Origin: Macrostomum hystrix
Taxonomy: Eukaryota; Animalia; Platyhelminthes
Direction: 5' to 3'
Length of the DNA: 64,000 nt
NCBI GenBank assembly: GCA_950097015.1
Contig: CATNEN010000024.1
Location: forward strand, 806,001-870,000
The notes under the pieces were generated by a model. It was not told the origin of the DNA, did no database searches, and saw only the letters and a program-made list of their open reading frames with translations. How positions within the stretch are numbered: the first letter of the stretch is position 1; each line of letters starts with the position of its first letter. The translations under genes were made by a program, and so were the position numbers. Of the stretch, positions 51,980 to 62,913 are shown piece after piece.

Positions 51980-53808
51980 TCATAACGCGCCACCGTTGAC
52001 CAATTCCACCCGAGCAATGTCATTGGCCAGGAATTGCTCAAGCTGTATAAACGCCGTCTCCAGATCGCTGTTAACAATTACCACATCGTAGGCTCCGGGC
52101 TGGTCAGCGTACTCGTTACTGGCGGCGGCCTCGGCCATGCGCAGCCGGATTCGCTCATCGTCGTCTGTGCTGCGGTCTCGCAGGCGCCTCTCTAGATCCG
52201 ACATGCTCGGCGCCTTGACGTACACGTAGCAGGGCGACGGCCGCAGGTTCGCCGCTTTGAAGCTCTTGACGCCCTGGTTAGAGCGGTGGCGGAGTTTATG
52301 GTTCTATCTGGGATAAATTTATATAGACAAGAGGATCTAAGATGAATGCAGATAGACATGGGGATCTGGGATGTAGATAGACATGGGGATCTGGGATGTA
52401 TGTAGATAGACATAGGGATCTGGGATGAATGTAGATAGACAATGGGATCTGGGATGAATGTAGATAGACATTGGGATTTTGGATGAATGTAGATAGAAAA
52501 TGGGATCTGGGATGAATGTAGATAGACATGGGGATCTGGGATGTATGTAGATAGACATTGGGATTTTGGATGAATGTAGATAGAAAATGGGATCTGGGAT
52601 GAATGTAGATAGACATTGGGATCTGGAATGTATGTAGATAGACATGGGGATCTGGGATGTATGTAGATAGACATTGGGATCTGGGATGTATGTAGATAGA
52701 CATTGGGATCTGGAATGAATGTAGATAGACATAGGGATCTGGGATGAATGTAGATGGACATTGGGATCTGGAATGTATGTAGATAGACATTGGGATCTGG
52801 GATGTATGTAGATAGACATTGGGATTTTGGATGAATGTAGATAGAAAATGGGATCTGGAATTAGTGTAGATAGACACAGGGATCTGGGATGAATGTAGAT
52901 AGACATTGGGATCTGGGATGAATGTAGATAGACATTGGGATCTGGGATGAATGTAGATAGACATTGGGATCTGGAATGTATGTAGATAGACATGGGGATC
53001 TGGGATGTATGTAGATAGACATTGGGATCTGGGATGTATGTAGATAGACATTGGGATCTGGAATGAATGTAGATAGACATAGGGATCTGGGATGAATGTA
53101 GATGGACATTGGGATCTGGAATGTATGTAGATAGACATTGGGATCTGGGATGTATGTAGATAGACATTGGGATTTTGGATGAATGTAGATAGAAAATGGG
53201 ATCTGGAATTAGTGTAGATAGACACAGGGATCTGGGATGAATGTAGATAGACATTGGGATCTGGGATGAATGTAGATAGACATTGGGATCTGGGATGAAT
53301 GTAGATAGACATTGGGATCTGGAATGAATGTAGATAGACAATGGGATCTGGGATTTATGAGGATAGACTTGGGATCTGGGAATTATGTTGACAGACAAGG
53401 GGATCTGGGATGGATGAATATCCACTAGATTCACACGAGGATTTGCAGTGGACGTTAATCCGTTATATTTACCTGCACATCAACATCGAGCACTGGAATC
53501 TGTCTACTGTTAATAACATCAGACACAGCCTTGTAGCTAGTCCCATAGCGATTGCCAGCAAATTTGGTGTTCTCAATGAACTTGCCGGCCTCAATATCCG
53601 CAAGCATCTCGGCCTCGGTCACATACCAGTAGTGCTCGCCGTGTCGTTCACCAGCTCGCGGCTGTCGGGTAGTGTGAGACACGCAGAATTTGAAACAGCC
53701 CGGATGCTGGTCCATTAGGCGTTGGATTAGAGTGGACTTACCGCTGCCACTGGCACCGCTGAACACTATTGGCCGAATGCTGACATTAGTGACTGAAGAG
53801 GCTGACAT
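51980..53808 (-). CDS. GUK1: Guanylate kinase; complement(join(51980..52273,53473..53808)), ~209 aa
   Basis: P-loop SGASGSGKSTL, SHTTRQPRAGE, FIENTKFAGNRYGTS, LDVDVQ|GVKS and YDVVIVNSDL. Confidence 0.96.
52300..53420. repeat. 29-bp minisatellite filling the GUK1 intron, with a 348-bp (12-mer) higher-order duplication
   Basis: TGGGATCTGGGATGAATGTAGATAGACAT units. The variant TTAGTGTAG occurs at 52861 and 53209, 348 bp apart. Confidence 0.96.
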
Positions 53809-54536
53809 TGCTGCAATCCTGCTGCAGAGGATGCCAATAGTTGCAAATGGAGGGCGCTGAAACCTCTGCTACTGATCCCAGTTGAATAGGATTCACTTGT
53901 CAAATAAATATTTGTTTCTTTTAAATACCAATGTCATCATAAGTCTAATTTTTAACTGCTTGGTGATTTTTCACTATCTATAGATAATTAGTATATTATC
54001 AAGTTGAGTTCTGCGGTAAACAAAACTTTCCTGTAGCCTATCATATCCATAACAAAAAAATCATGCAACTTCCCAAAACCCTTTTATTATGTGTTCTGTG
54101 CATTGTTCTCAAATGGAAACATGTAATGTAGTTTGCTCTTTTCTGCCATACTATTATTCACTGCTAGGCACAACTTCCTTATAATGCAACATGCATGTGG
54201 CATTGAAATATTGAAAGCTTGAGTCCACAATGCCGCAGCATGGAATTAAGGGTTTCTATTGTTGTCAGTCTAAAGAAATGCCTTTGTTATTAATCCTGTG
54301 ACATCTACTTTACCTTTACACCACCAATAGTAAATAGTCAATAGTCAATATAAATTCAGGGCTAGGCCTAGTAGGAGAGGAAGGTAGGGACAGGAAGATA
54401 AACATGGCACAAAGATAAATCAAAAGTTAATATTTATTTATTTTATTTTAAATCTGAATTATAGCCCACTAAAAGACTTTTTTATCTGTACTATGGCAAA
54501 TTCAAATACATTTTTTGTTTGCTTTATAGTGGCTTA

Positions 54537-55135
54537 TTAACAATAGAACTACCAGGGGCAAATTCCCCCCTGACAATTTTTTTCGCTCCACCTGAATGGA
54601 ACAATGCAAGCACACGAAACTCAAGAACACGGGCCAACTTTTGTTGCGCATCTTCTGAAACAAGAAACAAGTCAACAGCTCTTCAGACCATCAAGATGTT
54701 CAATGTTTCTGGCTGAACGTCCGATTTTTCCCATAAGAGCTAGTGTATTTCATACACCCCAATACACGAATTTGCACTGCGCCTCAGTGCGGCCTTGCCA
54801 GGCCTTCAAAATGGATCAGCATGTCACCCGAGTGTGCCTGCATCATCTCCATTTTTGGTGGTCACCTACCTTTATCTAGACAGACTGCTTCAAGGGCTAC
54901 AACAGGTGGAACTAAGCTACTATGGATACCCTGACACAAATTTCTCTAATTTCAATGCTCAAGCCAAAATATTAGGCGCAGCTCAACCACAGGACATCAT
55001 TGCCTAGTCTGTCAACCAATCAGTCACCACCCAACACTGTTAGCATTTGGGTACTGCCAAAAAAAATTGTCAGGGGGGGAAATCCCCCTTGGTATAAAAA
55101 TAGGCAGCAAGATGGCTTGGTAGTCCTACTGTTAA
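54537..55135 (+). mobile_element. Complete piggyBac-like MITE (591 bp) flanked by TTAA
   Basis: TTAA 54537-40 and 55132-35. TIR CAATAGAACTACCA / CAGTAGGACTACCA plus an internal IR (CCCCCCTGACAATTTTTTT) with an asymmetric spacer. Confidence 0.82.
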
Positions 55136-55299
55136 CAGTTAATTATTTTCCTATAACAAAAAAGGTATATTAAAAATATAGGCAAACTCCTAGTTTGCTG
55201 CGTTAAATTATTTTTACACTTAAAACCTTTTAAAAGTTAAAATGGCGCGCATGGAAATTAAAATGACAGTTTAAAGTTTTAAAAGGATGTAGTCAACAA

Positions 55300-55665
55300 T
55301 CAATAGTAATGGGCAACCCAGTAGAGGAAGTTGCCAAATGTCTTCTCTGGGAAAAGGTGGCACCAGAGATACTTGTTCAGGTGAGTCTCAAATAGTGTGT
55401 CACTTGCACCACACATTCTCCGGGACTGGAACTTGTCCTTCACTTGTGCCCCTGATCCCTCAATGGTATTAGTGTGCAAGGTGGGATCATTGGGGTCCAC
55501 AAAGTGCAGGTGGTGATTTATTGACACATGATTCTGTAGCCCATTGTAGGCCTGCCAGCCATCAGTTATTAGGCCTATGCGTGTCCCTAGAAGGACGTAC
55601 TGCTGAATGACTGGCAGCAGTGTTGCGGCAGTGCAGTTTGGGACAAAGTGAAATGTGAAGATACA
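55300..55665 (-). pseudogene. Merlin (IS1016/ISXO2-like) DDE transposase remnant
   Basis: FVPNCTAATLLPVIQQYV...ITDGWQAYNGL...INHHLHFVDP...HTNTIEG matches ISXO2-like motifs. The first catalytic Asp region is absent. Confidence 0.85.
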
Positions 55666-58061
55666 TTGTAAAATAATTTAATGTAGGGGCCTATCAAACT
55701 AGGAGTTTGCCAAAATATATTTTAAATATTGAAACAAAGCTAGGCCCTACAAAAAAGGGAAGCAGTAAACTTAGGCCTAGTAGGTGCATCCTGAACTTGA
55801 GAATTTTTTTAGGCTCACTAAACCATTTTAAAAGCTCATTAAAAAGGTGTGGATCACACTCACAGATATTACTTGTGCTTATATACACTAGGCCTAGGCC
55901 TAGGGCCTACCTGGCCTAGCTATTAATTTATAAATATAATGCATTAAGAAGTTTAAGAAACATACTAGGATTACTAAAAGACAGTAGGTAAGGTATTGGG
56001 TTAATCAAAACCCACAAATAATTTTAAAGGATCAAATTTCTAAGTCTGGATCCAGATCTAGGAACATAGTAGTATGATGTTATTGCTTGTAGCAAAAAAA
56101 ATTTGCCATTGTATGAATTAAAAAAAATTTGGCTACTAACTAAGTTATATCATAAGTATGACCAATTTCATATTATTCTTTACTTATAATCCCTGGCTCC
56201 AAAAGGGTACCTGTCTTTTTGCTATAATCAAATTGGCCCACTAATTAAAAATCGATACAAAAGAACATTGTGAATATATTTGGTCTAGAGCAGTATAACA
56301 GCGTTTAAGAACGCCTTAAAGGAAGAAAACATGAGAAAAAAATATAGCATTCATTTTTTAGATGTTAAAGGTTAGGTTAAAATGTACCATTGAGGTTTTG
56401 ATAAGGTACAAGAACGAACTGAAGTTATACTGCTTTGTTTCCTGGAATTCAAAAATTTGATTCTAGTTCAGAATTTGGCAATGAGCGCTGTGAAACTGTA
56501 AAGCGCTGTAAAGAAGGCATATATTTGCTTTCTTCTTCGTCTCTTCTTTCTCTTCGAGAATTCGTATCTTTGTAGTAACAATTACAAAGGTTTTTTCCAG
56601 CCGCCTAGTGTGATCTGATGGCACTGCCAGTCTTACTCTTAAAATAGCGGCTTATATATTGTCTACATCTACAGGCCGGCTAGCCAGACACTTTTTTATA
56701 ATCACGACATACATAAGGTCCCAATCCCATGAATTAATTTCATTTCCTAGGCCTTATTGAATGCTTTTTTATCCTTTTATGCTCGAATTACTATTTTCAT
56801 TTACCAATTTTGCTTTTTTCTCTCCTCTATTTCAACCAAATTTTAAATAAATAAATACAGCTGTATCAATACCAAAGCCCAGGCAACTACAGTAGCCTAC
56901 TGCACCACAGTAGTAGACACAATTTATCAACTTGAATTACAATTACTAAGGCACGAACAAAAAACAAGGACCACTATGAGAAGAAGGACATGGCACTTTG
57001 TTTCTTTGAAAAATTATAAATCAGATTTTCACAGAAAGATGCACAGTGAAATAGGAACTTTTTCCCTTTTTTCATATTAAGTTTTGATAACATTTTATTG
57101 GAATCAGATCCAAAGCTGTTCCTTTAATATATTCTATATAGCATGGTGCTTTATCGATTTTTTACAGCTTCATTTGTAAATAATTAATCTTTGTTTTTGG
57201 TTACTGTATTGTATATATTGTATACATAATATTTAGATCTGAAAGAAGAAATAGAGATATTTTTGTATTTTTAAATAAATAAATAAAGCCTAGGCTGAGC
57301 AGACTAAAGCCTTATGACAAATCTAACTGATAATGTAGCTAGCTGGTCAGCCTGCCCTAGCTGCAAGTTAAATACAAATAGTCTTAAATTAAAAATAAGA
57401 AAGAAAACTACAAACAACAAATCAGACAAAAAATGTCTACTGCTTGAACTACTGATTTCTTTAAAAAATACTAATAAACCAATACTTGATTAAAATTGTC
57501 TTTAAATTGAGTTATTCACTAGATAGTACATGACTAGGCCTAGCTATTGTGCTTTATAAGAAATTAAGTTAAAAATACAAGATCAATTATTCAAGAATAA
57601 AGTCTTTCATCTGAGTCCCATCAATGATAAATAATTTAAGGCCAATTGTTATTGCTTCAGATACTGATACACAAGGCACCATTGTTGCTAGACCTAGCTA
57701 TGAGATAGGCCTACTTTGTGGCTTTTGAATTACTAGTTTTGGCTTTAGTACTTGGTAAGTTAGATAGGTTTCTACAGTCATTATAGGTCTTTATAGTAAG
57801 TGCTTTATAGGTCTGCCACTTCTTTGACAATGAGCTCTTTTCTGATGCCAAGCAATAGAAGGTAGGCATAAGTCATCCATAGCAGAGCAATGCAGTCAAA
57901 GTGACTGATATAAGTAGAGCAGCAAGTTAGCCCAAACAAGTTAGCTTAGACAAGTACAGGTAAGATTGGTAGATAGAAGTATAAATCATAAAAGAACAAT
58001 GTTGACAATTTTAATATCAAACAAAAGTGAATATGCCAGAAATTAAACCCAGACAGCTGGC

Positions 58062-58405
58062 ATAATAATAATAATAAAGATTACAGAAGGGCTGCAGGCA
58101 ATGGCACCTCATTTAGTAACACTAGACCTGCAGCCAGCAAGGAGGCAATTCTGCCCATTTTGCTGACTCCTGAGCACACGCACACAGATACTGTACACAG
58201 GCACATGCTCACACAGGTGTGTACATCTGCCCTGAATTTCTCACTGTCAGGCAGTGTACACTTCACTGTGCTTTGGATGTGAGCCCTCAAGTGCACAAAT
58301 TGCACAATAAGCCCCCAAGCCTTCTCTCCAAATTATGTGGCCTCGCTGTGGAATCAAACTTAGGAACCGTGTTGCAAGAGGCAAAGCATTAACTGCTCTG
58401 CCACT
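58062..58405 (-). mobile_element. SINE family A copy
   Basis: (ATA)n tail, AGGGCTGCAGGCAATGGCAC body and GAGGCAAAGCATTAACTGCTCTGCCAC head. Confidence 0.85.
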
Positions 58406-58517
58406 GATCCCATCAGCTGGTAATATAGTTTTACATTGAATTGAAAAAACATTGAATTGAATTCAACATGCATGCAGCAGTGTGATAACATTTTACAGCA
58501 AGCCTTTCCCATCAATC

Positions 58518-59945
58518 ATGGTTGGAATTGTCCAGACACCTGCCGATTCAGACAAGCCAGCTGATGCGGCCAATCCTGGCCAGTCATTGCGACGCACCTC
58601 TCGGGTACGCAAGGAGCCCTATAAATATCGCATGGCTCTGGCTGAGCTGGCCCCTGCATCAACCAATAGGGCTGGCCGCAGTCCCGGTGTTGGCCGACAG
58701 TCGAATGCGGCAACTGCAGCCATTTCAGCCACATCAGCAGCTGTTGTAACTCTAAGATCTAGTCCGGCCTGTGTTGGTCCAGCCAGTAGTGATAGTTTAG
58801 TGTGCTCTGGCATTCGCTACACTGTTGGCGACATTGTACAGCTGCGCGATAGTCGATCCTCCATAGCCTACTATGCTCAGCTGCGCAGCCTGATGCAGGA
58901 CCAATACCTGAATTCCTATTGTGTACTCACCTGGCTATTGCCAACTACAGCTGCTCCACCCGATGGCAGCTTCGATCCGACCTCCTACCTGCCCGGACCA
59001 GACGAGGATGCGCCGAGGCCATTGGAGACTGTTCAATTCGTGTGCAGTTCGCCAACTGCAGTCAATCGATTGGCTGCACCTTCAATGGAAGCCGTCAGCT
59101 TAACTGCAGGTAGGCTAATACTAACGTAAAATCTCATTTCTATACTAATGGCAGATGCACACAACTATCTGTGTGCACCTGCGTACAGTATATGCGTGCT
59201 TTTATGCTCATTGGGGAGCTGTAGCCTAGTGGTTAGCGCGTCGGACTCACGACTTAAAGGTTGCGGAATCGGGGGGTTCGATTCCCAACTGGACTGGAAC
59301 AATTTGTGTCCCTTAGCAAGACACTCAACTCTGCATTGCTTCAGTTCACCCAGCTGTTAAATGGGTACCAGCATTAGCTGGGGTGATTGACGGTTGGGTA
59401 TGGCGTCCCCCCAGTCCATGGACTGAACAGCCGTACGCTGCCTTCAGATGCGCCGCGCAATAGCTGCGGCTGTGCTGTCGGCTGCACATCTGGCCCATTT
59501 GGGGCAGGTGTAATCTATTATTTTTATGCTCATTTGCCAGCGGAATGGACAGAGTTAGCTCCTCACTGGCTGCGGTGTCGCCAAATTATGTGTCTGTGCC
59601 AATTAGTATGTAGAACAGAAAGTAGTTAAAGTGGCCCATACTATCTCACAGAGTGATTAGTCTTATAAACCTCTGTCTTTAACCGTAATCTCACCTTGGC
59701 GCAAAAACATTTTTTTTCGAAACATTTTTCATTACGCAGCCAGCGCAATGTGTCTCGGCTATGTTCAAGTAGCCGACGACAGCGGCGGCTACAACTGGAC
59801 GATCGCCAAATTTCCACGCGCCCCAGCTGCCCGGATTAGTTTCGCTGCTGACCGCGCCGCTGCCGTCGCCGCTGCTGTTGCAGCTTCAAACGCCGGTGCG
59901 TCTGGTCGAATGCCGACTGTTTTCAAAGATGAACCACAGAAATGA
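58518..59945 (+). CDS. GATAD1: GATAD1-like chromatin protein; join(58518..59109,59740..59945), ~265 aa, possibly 5'-incomplete
   Basis: LRRTSRVR, YTVGDIVQL..YYAQLRSLMQDQY..LTWLLPT..FDPTSYLPGPDED and GYNWT match the GATAD1 C-terminal region. No GATA zinc finger was seen. Confidence 0.85.
59212..59525 (+). mobile_element. SINE family B (CORE-like), full length, in the GATAD1 intron
   Basis: TAGCCTAGTGG A box, GGTTCGATTCC B box, TGTGTCCCTTAGCAAGACACTCAACTCTGCATTGCTTCAGTTCACCCAGCTGTTAAATGGGTACC core. Confidence 0.88.
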
Positions 59946-60402
59946 CTAATCAATGATTTTAAAATATGGGTCATGTTTACTGGTTTTTATTTAAAGAATC
60001 CTCAATTTACTACTATCGAGTAGACGTTGAACGAATTTCGAAATAATTGTTCTTGCTCGCTTTAATCGCGAACCTTAATCCTAGTTTTGTAGGATTGTTA
60101 TTTTATTGCGTTGAAACCAGTGTTAGTCTTTTTGATAAATTAAGCACAATTTGTGCGTGTTATTAAGTATGATACTGATTGTCAAATATATGTAACTTTT
60201 TAGCTCACAATTGTTTTAAAAAATAATCTAGTGTTTGTTTTTATGCGAAAATCAGTTATATATTGAATTTGAAAGAAAGACCAATTTTAATTTAATCTCT
60301 ACGGGACACGTGAACCTTATCTGAAGTTCTTTGGGTACCTTTCTATGGACAACTTGACTTGCACTAATATGGAAACATTTACCCGAACTAGTACTTCTAC
60401 GG

Positions 60403-61230
60403 CACGGGTCGGCAAACTCCGGCCAGCGGGCCAGATGCGGCCCTCGAAGCTCCCAAATCCGGCCCGTTGCCCCTTCCGACACCTACAGTATCCTGTTTCA
60501 TCTTTCCCCTGTCTCGTCTCTCCCGTGTCTCATCACTTCCGTGTCTTATCCCTCCCGTGTCTCATCTCTCCGCTGTCTCATCTTTCCTGTGTCTCATCTC
60601 TCCGCTGTCTCATCTCTCCCGTGTCTCATCTCTTCGCTGTCTCATCTTTCCTGTGTCTCATCTCTCCCGTGTCTCATCTCTCCCGTGTCTCATCTCTCCC
60701 GTGTCTCATCTCTCCCGTGTCTCATCTCTCCCGCGTCTAATCTCTCCGCCGTCTCATCTCTCCCGCGTCTCATCTCGCCGCCGTCTCATCTCTCCCGTGT
60801 CTCATCTCTCCCGAGTCTCATCTCTCCTCGGTCTCATCTCACCGCCGTCTCATCTCTCCCGCGTCTCATCTCTCCGCCGTCTCATCTTTCCGCTGTCTCA
60901 TCTCTCTCATGTCTTATCTCTCCACCGTCTCACCTCTCCCATGTCTCATCTCTCCGATGTCTCATCTCTCCTCAGTCTCGTCTCTCCCGTGTCTCATCTC
61001 TCTCATGTCTTATCTCTCCACTGTCTCATCTCTTCAATGTCTCATCTCTCCGATGTCTCATCTCATCTCTCCCATGTCTCATCTCTCCCATGTCTCATCT
61101 CTCCTATGTCTCATCTCTCCTCAGTCTCGTCTCTCCCGTGTCTCATCTCTCCCCTATCTCATATTTCTACAGTCAATGCGGCCTGCTGTCGTCTTTTTGG
61201 CCCACTAGCAAATAAGTTTGCCGACCCCTG
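60403..61230. mobile_element. hAT-superfamily MITE with an internal 16-bp minisatellite
   Basis: TIRs CACGGGTCGGCAAACT / AGTTTGCCGACCCCTG, 8-bp TSD TTCTACGG (60395-402) / TTTTACGG (61231-38), and internal (TCTCCCGTGTCTCATC)n at ~60500-61160. Confidence 0.9.
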
Positions 61231-62913
61231 TTTTACGGTTATCTTCACCTGGACTCATTTGAGACGAAAATTTGTTGGAAACTTTGCTTGCTACAATATT
61301 TTTTATAGAGTGTGCCTTTTTCCCGATTTCTGATGCAAGTGTAACGCTTCGCTAATTTACGTCAGATGGTTCCATCTGGAACGATCGCCAATGGCGGTAA
61401 AAGTTCACGCTTTCTCCTTCTAGCCGTGTCAATCTAGCCAAATTGGGCCAATGGATTTTCTTCTCTCGCTGATTCTGATTTCTGCTAATCAAACAGTATT
61501 GAACTCCATAGCTTAACGACAATTTTCGCTTCCCCCCGAAAAGTGTTCTCAAGAACCACAAGACCAGATGTCAATCTCCGGGCGTGGCAGTAAGAGAATT
61601 AGAATTTTTGCCCCAGCAACTGCCAATACTTGGCATACTATTTAGTTGGTTAGTGCAGCTAAATACAATAACTGATCGCGTGAATGAATTCTGGCAGAAA
61701 ATCTATGTCGGAGCATTGCAAGCAGACCCCCGCTCGCCTATCGTAATGCATTGGCTACGCGCTGCTGATTCATGCAAATGCAAAGGCATAGATAAAATAT
61801 TCGACCGCGAGCTCCTGACAATGCGGAATTGGGTCTACACTGCTTATTTTCAGTGGCCATCTGATACCCTTCACTTGGCCTTGGCTCAAGCTGTCAATAA
61901 TTGTTGAGGCGCTTAGCTCGTATAAGCTTCAACTGCAGTGCTCATAAAGAATTTCTGTGCGTCTATTCTCAGCGACTAAATGCACCTCTCTCTAGATGAG
62001 ACCACTGCCCCAGCCTCTCTTTGTGGCTCCATAGCTTATACTTCTCTCCCCATCCAACCAAGCTTGCCTTGATTAACTGCCCCCGCGCTTCTCCCACTTT
62101 TCCATCCTCGGCCGTCTCTATTGAGGCTGGCAGGCCTATCCTCCGCCGCAAATTGGACGGGTCTCCGACCGAGTTGAAGATCTGGCCGTGCTTACACACA
62201 CACAGACACACACACCCGCGCCAGAATTGCCAGCTGGCCTTTCGAATGAAGGCTTCTGTTCGGGGTGAGCGGTGGCGCCACAGCTCGCAGCAGCTAATTG
62301 CCAATCGATATCCGATGTGGGGATTTCTCGATTGGAGGAGGCAGGTCTGCGGAGGGAAAGGGCTCCGCGGCCGCTGGCTGGCTGGCCCTTGGTTCAGGCT
62401 CGAAAGACGGTCCGATCAGACAGTGGAAAAAGAGAACGAAAGGAATAAAGTGGACCAGATGAGGACGCGTGGGAGAAGCAGCGACAGACGCCGGTCCGGA
62501 GGCGAGTTGTGGAGTGTTTTTTTTAAAAGGCCGGTTGGTCGTGCTGCTTGCTCAGAGCTTCGATTTTTGGCACTTTCTTCACACAGTCGGCGAAGAAGAC
62601 AGCTAGAGCCTTTCTCTTCCGCCCCGAGGCTTGTTTGCGAAAGGAAAGGCGACTTTCTTACTGCGGCTTCGCCCTTTTATCGCCCTTCATCTTTTCCTGT
62701 TCAGACCGGTTCCAGAGTTCGATACTGTCGTTGGTTGACAGCGCAGCCGCTTTGGTCCACCACTGTTTCCCAACGGTAAGCATTGTGGATGCTAAGACGG
62801 ATAAGCTATAAACCTCTTTAAACATAATGATGAACAGAAGATAGGATAGTCCGGAAATAAGTTTGAATCTCCGACGAATTATAAAATCAGCAGGACAGAG
62901 TAGCGCCGCTTCG

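Noticed and set aside
52192-53434. 338- and 365-aa ORFs sense to GUK1
   Set aside because: 29-bp array. GUK1 splices cleanly around it (LDVDVQ|GVKS).
59212-59300. tRNA gene-like A/B boxes (also at ~12400-12470, ~34750 and ~49050)
   Set aside because: No acceptor stem or oligo-T terminator; each continues into a shared SINE body.
60345-61333. 131-288 aa plus-strand ORFs
   Set aside because: Satellite interior of the hAT MITE.
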